This document shows, piece by piece, positions 27,271 to 41,224 of a stretch of DNA of 64,000 nucleotides. Location: the NCBI GenBank assembly GCA_951406725.2, contig OX597816.1, positions 85,436,001 to 85,500,000 of the forward strand. Direction: 5' to 3'. Every line of letters begins with the position of its first letter. Positions within the stretch are counted from its first letter, which is position 1. Below the pieces are notes generated by a model. That model saw nothing but the letters and a program-made list of their open reading frames with translations. It was not told the DNA's origin and did not search any database. This stretch comes from Octopus vulgaris (lineage: Eukaryota). Position numbers and translations under genes: made by a program.

Positions 27271-27322
27271 GAATTCTGACTGACATCAGTTTCGACGATA
27301 TCCGTTGCCATCATCAGTGAAG
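27271..27322 (-). ncRNA. Minimal type I hammerhead ribozyme motif in the inverted segment
   Basis: Minus strand reads UUCA-CUGAUGA-UGGCAACGGAUAUCGUC-GAAACUGAUGUCAGUC-AGAA. Stem III is near-palindromic and stem I has one mismatch. Confidence 0.75.
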
Positions 27323-27507
27323 TGAGCTCGGTGTTCATCTTTTTCTGGACCTACTTCTCAGTTGGTATATATGTTTATGTCATACAAATTAATGGATGAT
27401 TTAGCGATTTGCTAATGTGTGTACACAAAATTAATATCAACAGCAGGTTGCGATGTTTCACCAAAAAGGAGAATTATGTTAAGGTTAATTTTTTTAATTA
27501 GTATATC

Positions 27508-28778
27508 CAATACATTTTACCGTAAAAAATCCGGAATTGCTATGGGTACAAGGGCAGCACCAGTCATTGCGAACATAACAATGGGCTACCTGGAAATAAT
27601 CATTTACCAGGAATCTTTATCAATCTTTGGAAACCCCCTTTCTCAATACATAAAAGAGAATTGGAAACGATTCCTAGACGATTGTTTTATACTCTGGAAT
27701 GAAAACACAGATAAACTCCTAAAATTTAAAAACCTATTGAACAGCATAAACCCAAATATACAGTTCACAATGGAATACAACCAAAAGGAGCTCCCGTTCT
27801 TGGATATACTAATTAAAAAAATTAACCTTAAAATAGAAACAGACATTTTTTTACAAAGCCACAGACGCCAAACAATACCTTCTTTTTAATTCATGCCACC
27901 CAAGACACACTAAAACAAACATCCCCTTCAACCTTGCAAGAAGGATATGCACAATAGTGTCAGAACAAAATACCAGGAACTTTAGACTGCAAGAACTCAA
28001 AAACACCCTAATTGACAGACATTACCCAGCTCAACTCATAGAGGATGGGATCAGACGTGCAACAGAAATCAACATAGAAACTTTAAGAAAAGTTCAACAC
28101 AACAACAGACCTTCCCCGAAAATACTACCTTACATATCTACATACAACCCCAGAAACAAAGAAGCCTTCACCATCATCACCCAGAATTTACCAATACTTC
28201 ATAAGGACCCCAAATTAAAGGAAATTCTAAACATACACCAAATCATTAAAAGCTACAAACAACCTAAATCACTTAAAATGATTCTCACAAAGGCAAAATT
28301 GTCTTCTGAAATTACGGATGCAAAAGTAAAAAATTGTGGTAGATCGAACTGTGCAACATGTCCAAACCTGCTAGAAGGATCCGAATTCCTCTTCAAAGAG
28401 GGACAGAAATTCAAGATCAAATCTAACTTTACTTGTGCCTCTGAAAACATAATTTATGTCATAAAATGCTCGGGCTGCCAGCAAGACTACGTGGGATCCA
28501 CGGGACTATCACTCAGACGTAGATGCACACTGCATCGACAACAGATTGCATTCCCAGAATACAGAATGATACCTTTTAGTGAGCACATTGAGAAATGCGC
28601 AAAGCAACTACTACCACAATTTTAAATCTTTCCATTTTACCAATGTGCTATCAGATCATCAACAAAAATTAGACTAAACAAGGAAACATTCTTCATTGAA
28701 AAGTACAAGCCCAGTCTTAACCATTCCAACATAATGATACTGAGAAATTCACACCAAGGGAAACGCAAAAAATTTTAA
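27508..28778 (+). pseudogene. PLE RT-GIY-YIG polyprotein, C-terminal part
   Basis: ORFs 27419-27889 and 27957-28625 are joined by a frameshift near 27850. There is an in-frame TAA at 28623, followed by IFPFYQC..RLNKETFFIEKYKPSLN. Confidence 0.9.
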
Positions 28779-28888
28779 GCGATTATCTCCCTTACACCGG
28801 AAGAAATCACTCATTACCTCCCCTTATTTAGAACTCTTTTAAACATAAACATAACGATAACTCTGTTCAACATAAATATAACGACGTT

Positions 28889-28925
28889 AGAAATTTGAAA
28901 AGCTAAACGCGAAACCGGTCTTTCT
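28889..28925 (+). ncRNA. Degenerate minimal hammerhead-like motif in the PLE 3' pLTR
   Basis: AGAAA-U-UUGAAAA-GCUAAACGC-GAAACCGGUC-UUUCU. The core deviates from CUGANGA at two positions. Confidence 0.5.
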
Positions 28926-30193
28926 TCTAAACTATGTCATTGTAAGAAAAAAGTTTTTTTAATTTCTTCAGACATATTGACTCAAATATATATTTTTTAA
29001 CCTTTAAGCCTTCTGTAGTTTTTTCACTTTTTACTATTTTCTATATATTCAACCACGTGCTTTCACAAACCAACTTTCTTATATATATATATATATTTAA
29101 TATTTATTTATTTATTCGTAAACACAGACATATACGCATACATAAATGTTTAGCGTTTCAGGTTGTTGAAGAAAATTATTTTCTGCATCGATTATACACT
29201 TGTATGATATTAGTGGGAGATTATCAAGACGTTAGAGAGCAACGACTAAACCTAGCATTATGTCGAATGCTAGTGAATTCACCTTATTTTCATTGTTTAT
29301 CTAGTACATAACACTCATCGTTTTCGAATTGATAAAACAATGTACCACCCCTATACTGGAATCGATGTTATCGAGTACTACTCTCATCCTAAAACTGCTG
29401 ACCTTCTGTTTATATTAGACATTATTATCCATACGACAAATGAAAACAAATCCACTTAGAAAAGAAAAACCCTTCTATATAATCCTACAATTTGTACAAT
29501 CTATTCAAGCTTTACAAACTCTTTAATTCTCATATAATACTTATTTCCATGATAAATTGTTACGTTCAATTAACTATTGTTTTGAGCGTCTACAATTAAT
29601 TTTTGAATTGTTAACTTTATGAATTTCAAATTTAATTTTAATCTCATCAATATGGCATTATTGTTCACTTTTTCTTCAATGTTCTAATATTTTGAAATTA
29701 GTTCTCAGAAAACAAAACAATACTAAAGTTAATCATCTAATAGAGAATATGTTTGTTCTAAGTCATTTATAATTATTTTCAATGAAATCCACACCGACAC
29801 TGCACTTCGTAAACAAACACCTGACATAATTCTTCAAAGAACACGCAGATCGTTGTATTATATAAATGGCGTATGCATTACAAACGTAATTAGAGTTTGA
29901 AAGTAAACTAAAATCATAACATATTAAAAGCATCACTTAAAAAGTATTATAAACCAAAATATATCTAAAACAAAAAGCATTATTCTCCATGACCGAACTT
30001 TAAATTTCCTGTATTCTTTTTCCTTGGAGAGACATAAGAATATGTATATGGGAGAATACTGGACCCTGTTGATCTTAATGATTTCAAAAATCCCTGGTAA
30101 TTGAAAAGAATGAACATCCTGTTCTACTTAATAGAACAATAACTATTTTTCAGGTGAATTATCTCAAATGCGTTTTTTACTAATCAGTAATCA

Positions 30194-30228
30194 ACACCAC
30201 CACCACCACCACCACCACCACCACCACC

Positions 30229-30293
<65 letters not shown>
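30194..30293. repeat. (CAC)n(TAC)n compound microsatellite
   Basis: Seen directly. Confidence 0.95.
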
Positions 30294-31649
30294 ACATTTT
30301 GTTCTACACTGCGGAACTTAGAAGAAATACAAGCAGTTTAAACATCAGAAAGCATTGCTCTAAGTAAACACATTCTTGGTGTGTCATTGATATGTGATAA
30401 GGAAAAGAGGGCAGCAATCTCCAGTTCTACTCTGTTTCCAGAAAAGAGAACACATGGTAGTACGGTCAGCCGGAAATATGAACTGCTGGGCAGTATATCA
30501 ATTAACCCGTATTCTGTGGGCCGTGACAATCACTGACATCGGTTCACGTAATCAACTCAGTGAGGAAAAGGAAAGAGCAAAAGTGTGGCGTGGAGATGTT
30601 TGTGCGTTTTTGTGGGAGAGATAGAGAGGGTGAGACAAAACGCAGATTAAAATGTTAAACTGAACTCAGATGACCCTGTTAATCCGTGTATATTAATGTT
30701 AAAGCTATCGTTTCCTTAACCACTCGGTATTTTTATCACTTATTCGCAAGTCAAGAGGGACCGCGAATTCTTTTAAATTCTTTTAAATTCGCCTCGATGA
30801 CAAAAAGCTATAAAGGGTATGTTTCGATACTGCGATCATAATTATGATTTGTTAAAGTATTATCAGTTACCAAGTTTCTACTATCTAAAGACCTAGGAAG
30901 ATGAAAAAAAGGAAAAAATAAAAGAGACTCGATGTAAATATTCAATTAACTTTAATCGTGAAAGATGAGGTCGATATTTAAAAAAAAAACATTATAAATT
31001 TATATTGAGTGTAATAAGTCAAGATGAAAAGTTTAAATTCAGAAAAAAAACCAAAAAAAAACCAAATAAAAATAACACTGACAATGATGGTGGTAGGTAA
31101 GGCGATATTTACTATAATGAAAGGAAGACAGTATCAGTGGCGAAAACAATGACAATGATGATGATGTTGATGATTCTGGCGGTGATGATGTTTTTGGTTA
31201 CGGGGAAAACAACGGCGACAACCGCAACGACCAGTATGGTGATGATGTTGTTGTGCAAGAGAGGTGAAGGAGAAAAACAAGGATAACTATATGCACGTGC
31301 AAGGTAAAAGATGGATAAACAATTCTGTATGAAAACAGAAAATGTAAATATGAAGAAAGAAGAATTATGTAAAAAGAAGTTCATAAAGAAGAGTTGATAA
31401 GAGAAAGGAAAGAAATGGAGAAAAAAGAGCAATGTGTTATGATGATGATGTTGATGATTACAAAGAAGAAAATGACTCCACTTGCAAAAGATGGAATAGT
31501 CACGTGGATGTTGATAAACGTCAAATAAACTCGAGATCTCTGGTTTACCCAAACTATGAGATAATTCACTTGAGTAATCTAAATATCAATGTTTAGTCAG
31601 CTACGCCAACAGCAAGGATTTATGACAATTGAAATACAGTAAGTATTCG

Positions 31650-32330
31650 GCGGCGTAAATGGAAAAGGTAGAAAAGATCGCTTAGTAAATGTTAAACAGG
31701 TTTTGTACAATAAGAATGTCAGAAAACAACGTTGATCATTGTTTAGCTTGAATAGCAAATGAATTGTGTTATAGTACATTCTGTTCAGATTTTACATTGA
31801 TCATATTTGAAATGGCGAATATCATTCCAAATTTGCTGAGATGAATGGATATTATCAATATCGATATTGTGCTTGATGTATATATCTTTCTTGGTGACAG
31901 GTGATCTGCAAATACCCTTTGTGATTTGTTTAATACAAATGTCCATGACTGTATCTGAAAGCCTAAATCGTAATGCAGTTTGTCGAAAGAGATCCACGCC
32001 AATCTGAACCGATTATTGTGCAATATATCAACTCGATCGATGCCGAAGTTATATGGTTAAGTCAATAGTAAATGCTCTCCAAAAATTTCTTGATGAGACA
32101 AGTGAATAGGATCAACATGAGCATTGAGTAATACAGGATTCAAAATGAACCGAATGTTGTTAATGAAAAGACGAGCCGAATGTTACGTTTTAAGGAATTG
32201 ATTTATCACATGCAGATCAAATATGTCAAGAGCAGACAATGTTGAGCTTTGGTAGTTCGGGGCATATTACAACTAGACTACATCACGAACAAAAGCATGA
32301 ATACAAAATTGATGAATACAGTTCTTAAAT
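31650..32330 (-). pseudogene. Decayed RTE-like LINE RT remnant
   Basis: NNRFRLAWISFDKL resembles the RTE post-RT RI..AW..F.KL motif. Otherwise heavily decayed. Confidence 0.35.
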
Positions 32331-32654
32331 CAAAACGGAACTGTCAGAACGGAGTCAGTTATATTCTAGAATGTTTTAGATATACTGGTTATGTACCATT
32401 GTAGATGACAGATTAAATTTGTCAGAGGCAGAAGTGAGAAATACACGAACGAAACATAATAGAACTAGTGTTTATAAAACAGGGATTTTATCAAATATCT
32501 GACGTTTAATTTCGCTGTATGTGTTTGGAATATAACAGTGCAAATATATAATTGGTAAGCCTTTACGTATATTGAAGAGATACAATAAAAGACGTTATAC
32601 GTAATTTTTAAAATCAATGCATTTATTATTAATAACGTGTGTATATCATACTAT

Positions 32655-33108
<454 letters not shown>

Positions 33109-34431
33109 AATTTGTTATATCTTTTATAATGTGATGCGTCTATAGTAGGAAGGTCAAGGAGCTTTCTACTTTTGCTTGTGGCTCTATTAACAACTATGAA
33201 AGTGCGGTACATCACAATTTATATAAGTTATCTATTCGTCACCGTATTCTAAATTTTATGATAAAGATGTCTGAAGCGAGAACATTAACGGCATGACGAA
33301 TTAAAGTGACTTCAGGCACTATAAGAACAATAATATAAACACGTAATATTAAGCAATTTATGGCTCTCAACTTGGCACCAGTGTGACTGATATGCATAAT
33401 GTGCACAGACGGAGAGATTCTATATTTCAAGAAAATATATAGACAAAGCAATGAAGTATTTGTACTCTTTGTAATGAAAACCAGTGCCACAGTTGATGCT
33501 CTTGATTACCGTCACATGGTCTGCATGTAAGCTTTCTTTCCAAAGAGATATCATTCTTCTCCGCTCCTGCCGGGAGGTTTCCTACGAAATTTTAGCAAAT
33601 TTCTTTCTTGCAACTCGTCTAAGAGGAAGGTTCAGCAAATAGAACTCATTCTGAAGAAGTCACCTCCTCGGCTTCCTGTTGTCATATTAATTATATACTA
33701 CACATAACCACATATACATACATTGTTTGAGTGCACACATACAAGCAGAGACACAGATACACATCAACACGTAAAACGAGTCGGGTTATTCGTGCAATGA
33801 AAGCTGCTCAGTAATGGTTAGAAAGAGGCAAAAGAAAATAACTCTACAACTAGCTCTTAATATTTATTGTCTTCACATAAATATTACCTCTCTCTATTTA
33901 ACAGAATAACTACACTCAAATAAACTTTAAAATGAATCGGAAAATACATATATACATACACAAGTAAACGTATTTTACATATGTGTTTCCATGTCTGCAT
34001 GTGTATGTGCGCTCGCGCGTGATGATATAAGTAGTTTTGCAATGATATTCCCATCTCTCAATATATACAAACATCATATAATCATGAATAGTAACATATA
34101 TACAAACATATGTATGTGTGCGTACGTGTGTGTATGTGTTGTGTGTGTTTGTGTGTATATAAATACATCCATATGTGTCAGTGTGTCCGTGTGTGAGAAT
34201 TTTTTCGAATATATGTCATGAATAAACGCTGGTGAATCTGCTTAGCGTTGTGTCGGTATATCTACATATCTTTTCATCTATATATGTGGGTATATATGTT
34301 TGTATGTTTTTCTCTCTCTTTCTCTCTCTCTTCTCTTTTCATCTTTCACTACTAACTATTGATACCCGTATAAAGTGATAGATAAAATCATTTGATTATA
34401 TATGCATGCATTCATAAAACGCGCACACATA

Positions 34432-34473
<42 letters not shown>

Positions 34474-34525
34474 ATATAGATTGATGATTGATAGATACAT
34501 AGGTACGTTAATAAATAGCAGGATA

Positions 34526-34565
<40 letters not shown>

Positions 34566-35098
34566 CACACATACACACACAGAGACACACACTCACGTAT
34601 ATCTAGGTGTGCAAATGGATATACTTATATATTCCACAATATTACATGACAAACATGACAATAGTGAATTAATAAATGACATAGCAACTTGAAAGGCTGT
34701 GTAAGTTCATGCAGAATCCAGCAGAGACGTTAAAGAATTACGGAAAGAATGCAATAGTTTTAAAATCAATGCAGTATTTAAGTAATGTGTCTAATATGAT
34801 TTCCAAGTGCAACAGCTGGAATTGCACAAGTCGGTATCCTAAGGATGCACAGAAATGATGAATGAAAAGAGGTAATGGCGAAATGTAGAGAACTGCAACA
34901 ATACGACCTCTGTATATCACTAGAAATTCTTTTCAAAAATTGTGGGTATTATGAAATTACTTATTTAATGCTTATCTAATAAGGCAGGGGTTTTATCATT
35001 CGCTGAAACGAAACATATGGCATCATAGTGACATATATGTTATCGCATGTCATCGTGAGCCATGCTTTTGAATGATGTATAAACTTCACAGTAATCAG

Positions 35099-35445
<347 letters not shown>

Positions 35446-37282
35446 TATACGCTATCCCGAAAAGATCTATCCAGGACAACCTTCACTTCACGCGCAACAT
35501 CATAGAGAGGGTAAGGAAGGAACCTGGCATGGGGGAGGCTTTGATCAATCCAAAGCTTTTGACAGGATCAACCATCAACACTAGGGGGCTGTCTTCGCGG
35601 CGGCCAGCTTCGGTCCTATTTTCTGAGGTTGGATCGCTGCAATGGAGACCGGCATCTACTCGGTGGTAAAAAAAAACGACCATCTATCAGAATCGTTTAG
35701 AATTGCTTACTCGGTCCGTCAATGATGCATACTCCCACCCTTCAGTACGTGGTAGCTCACGAGCCACTACCGAGTAAACTGGCTACTTCGACGAGCATCC
35801 CAAGTGATCTAGGATGCGGAGAGTTCGTGTCGGTTTGTGCGGATGTTTTCGGCTCTAACTTAATGGAGTAAGAAGCGGTGAAATGTCGGTGGACCTGCTA
35901 GAAAGGCAGATGCATGCCCACCGACAGCGTTGTCTGGCCCAGGACCGGTAAAATTGCACGGGGTCTGGTCCAGGTGCACAAGAACTGGGGAGATGTGACG
36001 AGAAGGGTAGCCAGCCTCACATAGAAATTGGGAGAGAGAAAGCTGTACATGAAAGGTCGGGTGGAGGTGGTGAATGCGCACATTGCTGCCGTCATCTATT
36101 AGCGTCTGATCATCGTCCCTTGCACTGCTTCATAGCTGACCAACCCGGAGCGCTTGCTTTTCAGCTTTCTGTGGGAGGTCCATCTGCTGTCTTAATAACC
36201 ACTGAGTGGAGGAGTGGGTGTACCATGGCTAATGATGCGCAGATACGCGCTGAGGCTACAGCATTTTCGTACGGGAGAACAGGTGTGGTCACCGTTTATC
36301 GAGGAGGATGTTCCGGAGCTCGTCTCATTTACGGAGCTACAGTCATGGATCAAACGTAGACCAAGAAATAGAGCATGACACCTGGAGTGTCGGCAAGCGA
36401 TCACGGCTTTCTGCAAGTCAGGCAACGTGGTCGGTGAAAGTTACACTATGGAGTACTACAGGGGAGTAGTGGAGGATAAGAGAAACGTCCTTGGGGAAAC
36501 TCTGGGCGTCGGGAGGGATCAATTAATTGATCTCTTTCGGAGGACTTTCGGGCGGGGGACTATGGATAACTTCCAGAAATCCCTGGCCTGGCAGTGCTAC
36601 TGGGGAGCACTGAGTGTTCGAGACAAGATCTACGGACACAGAAGTACAGTCAGACAGACCTGACCGAGGTGTGTACAGGGCAGCTTCGTGGAGCTTTGTT
36701 GAACAGCTGTTATCACCTGTAGGATAGATCCAGTCGTCAACCGAGTCTATCGTGAAGATCGCCCCACCACCTTCCATTGGTCGGGAAGGAAAGGCAGTTT
36801 TCCTCTGTCTGGTGGATATGGCAAAAGACGTAGTGTGGTGAACGAGACCAAAGAGACAGAAAACAGATACTTTCTTCTTCGGCCAAGCCCTCATCGACAT
36901 TTTCAAGTTATACTCGAAAAGGAAAGTGGGAGTAGGGAGGGATGGCCTAGTTCCCATCAGTAAATTTGTTGAAAGGTGGGTGCACGTGACGAGGATGGCC
37001 CTGCAAATGGGCCCACTCTGAAGTTGCGTTTGTAAACCGGAGGAGATGAGAAGGAGACAAGGGCATGTTGAGATGCACCTGGCGATCGAGATAACGGGGT
37101 TGTGTGAGTTTTTGCAATTCTCACTGTGTGGAAATCACCATTTTCGGGAATTTCTGTTGTTAATTTGTTTTGTTATTTTTTCTTGTTATTTATTTTATAC
37201 ACGGCATTATTCAACGCCCAACTTGCCGCTTGTATCGTCCCTTTTGTTATTGTGTTGGGCACTTGTGGCCAATAAAATTAAG
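35446..37282 (+). mobile_element. 5'-truncated Tx1/L1-clade LINE (decayed RT plus zf-RVT plus 3' UTR)
   Basis: RSIQDNLHFTRNII, DQSKAFDRINH, MDNFQKSLAWQCYWGALSVRDK. The 3' end GGGCACTTGTGGCCAATAAA is followed by (TTA)n. Confidence 0.85.
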
Positions 37283-37344
37283 TATTATTATTATTATTAT
37301 TATAATTATTATCATTATTGTTATTATTATTATTATTATTACAT

Positions 37345-40300
37345 TTTTTTTTCTTCTTTCAAATTTTCTTCCATTTCTTGCTGAGTGTCTTCCCGACTCC
37401 TAGGGCAAAGAAACTCATAGTGTATATTGGTAGGCCATTAAACCAAACTCAGTAGTTCGTTCATTTTTTATTTTTTATTTTTTTATTTTTAAAGTTAAAT
37501 TAAAATACATGAGCAGCAACAGTTCTCACATCGACAATGCTCTTCTCAATACGTGTGATGTACCAGTTAAGACAATCTTTTGCACTTCTTGCAGGGATGG
37601 TAAGCCAGGGATCATTCTCATATAATTTTCGGTTCCCTTCTTGATCATTCCTAGTGCTCCTACGATCACTGGTATTGTAACCGCCTTGAGATGCCACATT
37701 TTCTCAATTTCAATGAGTAGGTCTTTATATTTTCTGAGCTTGTCAAACTCTTTCGCTGAGATATTATGATCACAGCGGATGCTCATGTCGATCAATAAGC
37801 AAACTTTATTGTTTTGGTCTTTCACAACAATATCTGGTTTATTGGCCTTGATGGTTCGGTCTGTATGTACTGGAAAGTCCCACAGAATGGTTACATTTTC
37901 TCCTTCAGTTACAGCCTCAGGGTGGTGATTATACCACTTGTCGGCAGTTTTGATATTGTAATGCCGACGTATTAGCCAGTGGAGATATTGGTCAACTCTG
38001 TCATGTCTTAATTTATACTCCACTGGTGCTAAGACTTTACATCCAGAGATTAGGTGGTCCACTGTTTCAATCATGTCGTTGCAGAATCGGCATTTTGGGT
38101 CTGCTCCATTTTTCATCACATTGGCCTGGTAGTTCCGGGTTAATAGGCTTTGGTCTTGAGCAGCCAGGATGAAACCTTCGCTCTCTGCTTTTATCCCTGA
38201 GCTCCGCAGCCACTGATGGGTTTGCTTCTGGTCAACATCAGCTTGTTTGCTGCGGGTCACATATTTGCCGTGCAGAGGTTTCTCCTCCCACCTATCAGCC
38301 AATTGCTCGTGCGCTTTTTTCATTGCCATCATTTTCACCTTCTTTGCAACAATAGTTGCCGTACTTCCCTCGGGTTGTTCAGTTTGGGTATCCTGCACGA
38401 GATCAATAGCAAATTTTTTGCTTTCCTTGATGATAGAATGAAGCTTCTTTCGTCTCTCGTGATTTTCCACGAGCTTTAGCATCCAGTCATTCGATATTTC
38501 GAGATATTTGGCCAGTCCAATTGTGGTTGTTTTGTAAGCTAGTTCAAATTGGATCAGGCCTCGACCTCCTTGGGCTCTGGGAAGGTAAAGGCGATCTACG
38601 TCTGCCTTTGGGTGGTGCATCCTATTACAACTCAGCAGCTTGCGTATTTTTCTATCTATATTCTTTACTTCACTCATATTCCAGTTCAACACATTGTAGC
38701 TATAAGTAACAACTAGAACTGCTAAGGAATTTATAGCTAACACCTTGTTACGTGCATTTAGTTCAGATTCAGGACTGCACGAACTCTCCTATAACATTCC
38801 TTCCTGATTTTCTCTTTCATTTCATTGAGCAGCTGAACTAGCTTACCGTGTGCGCACGGGAGCGATGCGAGCCAGAAATTCGGCACCCTATCTTTACCGG
38901 GGGATTTCCAATTATGGGCCTTCGTGAGTGCCTTTCTTAGGTCTGCTATTGTGATGTCTTCCCATGCTTGTTGTTGTAAATTTTGGTAGGATCCTTCAGT
39001 TTGTATAATCCAGTCTGCATTTATGTTGTACGTCTTCTTGTCACTCCAAATCCTTTCCCAAAAGTTTTGAACTTCTTCCATGGGAGGGGGTCTTTAACGG
39101 TTACTTTCTCCTTCCCTATTTCTCTGTAGAATTTTTTGGCATTGGATGTGAACAGCTTATTTTGCTTGTAAAACTTGTTTCTCTTCTCAAATCTTCGTAT
39201 TCTTTGGGCTTTTGCTTGGACTTTTTGTTTCAGCGTTTCTTTTATTGATATCAGTTCTTCTCTTGGTGAGGATCCAAATTTTCTCTTCATCTTTCTTCCT
39301 GTTCTGGATCTTACATCATTTCCACATATTAGTTCATTTAATATTGATATTTCCCCTCTCATAAATTCAATCTCTTTTTCAATTTTACTTCTCCAGGTTT
39401 GATTTCTTCCCAGGTTTTGTTTTCCTTTGTTTTTTCGGGGGCATACAGCTGGTTTCAATTGCCCTAGCAGAATCGTAAATAATTTCATTTAACTCAGTAA
39501 AATCAGGTTTTAATTCTCGTATTATTACATTTGTTACATAGTTGCCAATTTGGATTTGTTTTTTATTTTGGTTTGTATTTGAGAGTTTATGAAGCGGTTC
39601 TCTATCATTCATACTTGTATGTCTTACAACTTCAAGCGTATTCAGGATTTTCTGCCTCATTTCTGCCATAGACTCTCTGTGTTCTTCAGCAAATGCGAGA
39701 TCTTCAGTTACTGTTGTTTTTTCGTTTTCCTGGCTATCTTTAACAGGTACAATAGAATTTCTTGTATCTTCAGGCCTTTGCGTACTTTGGTCAGATGGCA
39801 GTCTTTCAATTAAGCCTCGTGGCGGGCTATACTGTTCATGTGATTCTTCATTTCCTTTGTGTCTTATATTTATGTCATTTTCCGTTGCGTGCTTGATCGC
39901 ACTTATTTCACTGTCTGTGAGTCTGTTATTTCTAAAGATATCCCTCCTCACATTTGCTAATTTGTTCTCGTCCAAATAGGGCCTACTGTCTTGATTCCGT
40001 GTTCTCCATATACTGTAAGAGTTTGCGGTGTGTCTCTCTTGAGATGACCTACCTAATGCATAGTAATAAGCGTATATTACTTCTTTATACTCTTCTCGGG
40101 TCCATTTGTTCCGCTTACATTTTTCTTTCTGTGGTGGTTGTGGTGGTGAACTTGGAGGGCTCGAGTTGGGGGATTTCCCGTTCAAGTGACCATCCATGTC
40201 CGTATTCGGAGAAGAGTTTGTGCCAGTTGATGACTTTTCGATCCCAGGCTGGCTCTTCCCTGGGGGACGCGCTTCCAGATTAACCATAGGACAAACGATT

Positions 40301-40345
40301 TGGTATACTGATTTAGTTTTCCTTTTAGTTTCCAAAAACATTTTG
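37345..40345 (-). mobile_element. R4/Dong-like non-LTR element lacking the RT core
   Basis: Four overlapping ORFs (39385-40341, 39021-39488, 38758-39081, 37526-38743) give N-terminus (KWTREE..NKLANVRR), RT domain 0 (KSPGKDRVPNFW), then directly the thumb and RLE. The 3' end abuts (TAA)n. Confidence 0.92.
37526..38743 (-). CDS. 405-codon open frame: RT thumb, CCHC knuckle and restriction-like endonuclease of the Dong-like element
   Basis: RLYLPRAQGGRGL, AAQDQSL, CRFCNDMIETVDHLISGC, RHD, KPDIVV..LIDMS..KLRKYKDL, IPVIVGALG. Confidence 0.85.
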   Translation of the reverse strand: MLAINSLAVLVVTYSYNVLNWNMSEVKNIDRKIRKLLSCNRMHHPKADVDRLYLPRAQGGRGLIQFELAYKTTTIGLAKYLEISNDWMLKLVENHERRKKLHSIIKESKKFAIDLVQDTQTEQPEGSTATIVAKKVKMMAMKKAHEQLADRWEEKPLHGKYVTRSKQADVDQKQTHQWLRSSGIKAESEGFILAAQDQSLLTRNYQANVMKNGADPKCRFCNDMIETVDHLISGCKVLAPVEYKLRHDRVDQYLHWLIRRHYNIKTADKWYNHHPEAVTEGENVTILWDFPVHTDRTIKANKPDIVVKDQNNKVCLLIDMSIRCDHNISAKEFDKLRKYKDLLIEIEKMWHLKAVTIPVIVGALGMIKKGTENYMRMIPGLPSLQEVQKIVLTGTSHVLRRALSM

Positions 40346-40719
40346 GTGCTACGGTAATGTTATCATTTTTTAGCTCGTGGGGAGACGGCCATCATTGCCG
40401 TTACAATTATAATCGTACCATTATAGCAGCCGTAGTCGGCTTATTATTGTTATTATCTTCACTATTACCATCACTATCATCATTATCACCACCATTACCA
40501 TCATCATTATCATCATCACCATCACCATCACCACCATCATCATCAATGATATTGTTTTATGTGTAGTCACAGCAATATCTTATTATTGTTATTTTTGTTT
40601 TTTTATCATTATCACCATCACAGTAGTGTCTGTCTGTCTCGTTGGCTGGCTTGGTGGTTGGCTGGCTGACTGTCTTCAATGCCAGAGTTCTTCTTCTTCT
40701 TCTTCTTCTTCTTCTTCTT

Positions 40720-40810
<91 letters not shown>

Positions 40811-40811
40811 T

Positions 40812-41010
40812 CATTGCCTTTGAATTGCTTCTAACACTTGAGATATAATACGATGTCTGCTGTTCAATACCAGTGAACTAAGGTAACACCCCTTATTTTC
40901 GAGCACCTTCCGGAGTATTCAAGCGGTTCCAAGCAGTGCTGTCTTCTGCAAATGCTTCACCCTTATTGTAGCCCCTATTTGTTCCATATATTTCTCAAGA
41001 CTTTTATTCA
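40812..41010 (-). mobile_element. R4/Dong-like extreme 3' end
   Basis: LEKYMEQIGATIRVKHLQKTALLGTA*ILRKVL plus a short UTR running into (TAA)n on the minus strand. Confidence 0.8.
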
Positions 41011-41042
41011 CTTCTTCTTCTTTCTCTTCTTCTTCTTATAAC

Positions 41043-41213
<171 letters not shown>

Positions 41214-41224
41214 TATTATTATTG

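Larger units (their letters stand above)
26941..29078 (+). mobile_element. 5'-truncated Penelope-like element (Neptune-type) with inverted 5' segment, between (TA)n tracts
   Basis: RT motifs GIAMGTRAAP and WKRFLDDCF, a Cys linker CGRSNCATC, and GIY-YIG ENIIYVIKCSGCQQDYVGST. (TA)n lies at both ends. Confidence 0.92.
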
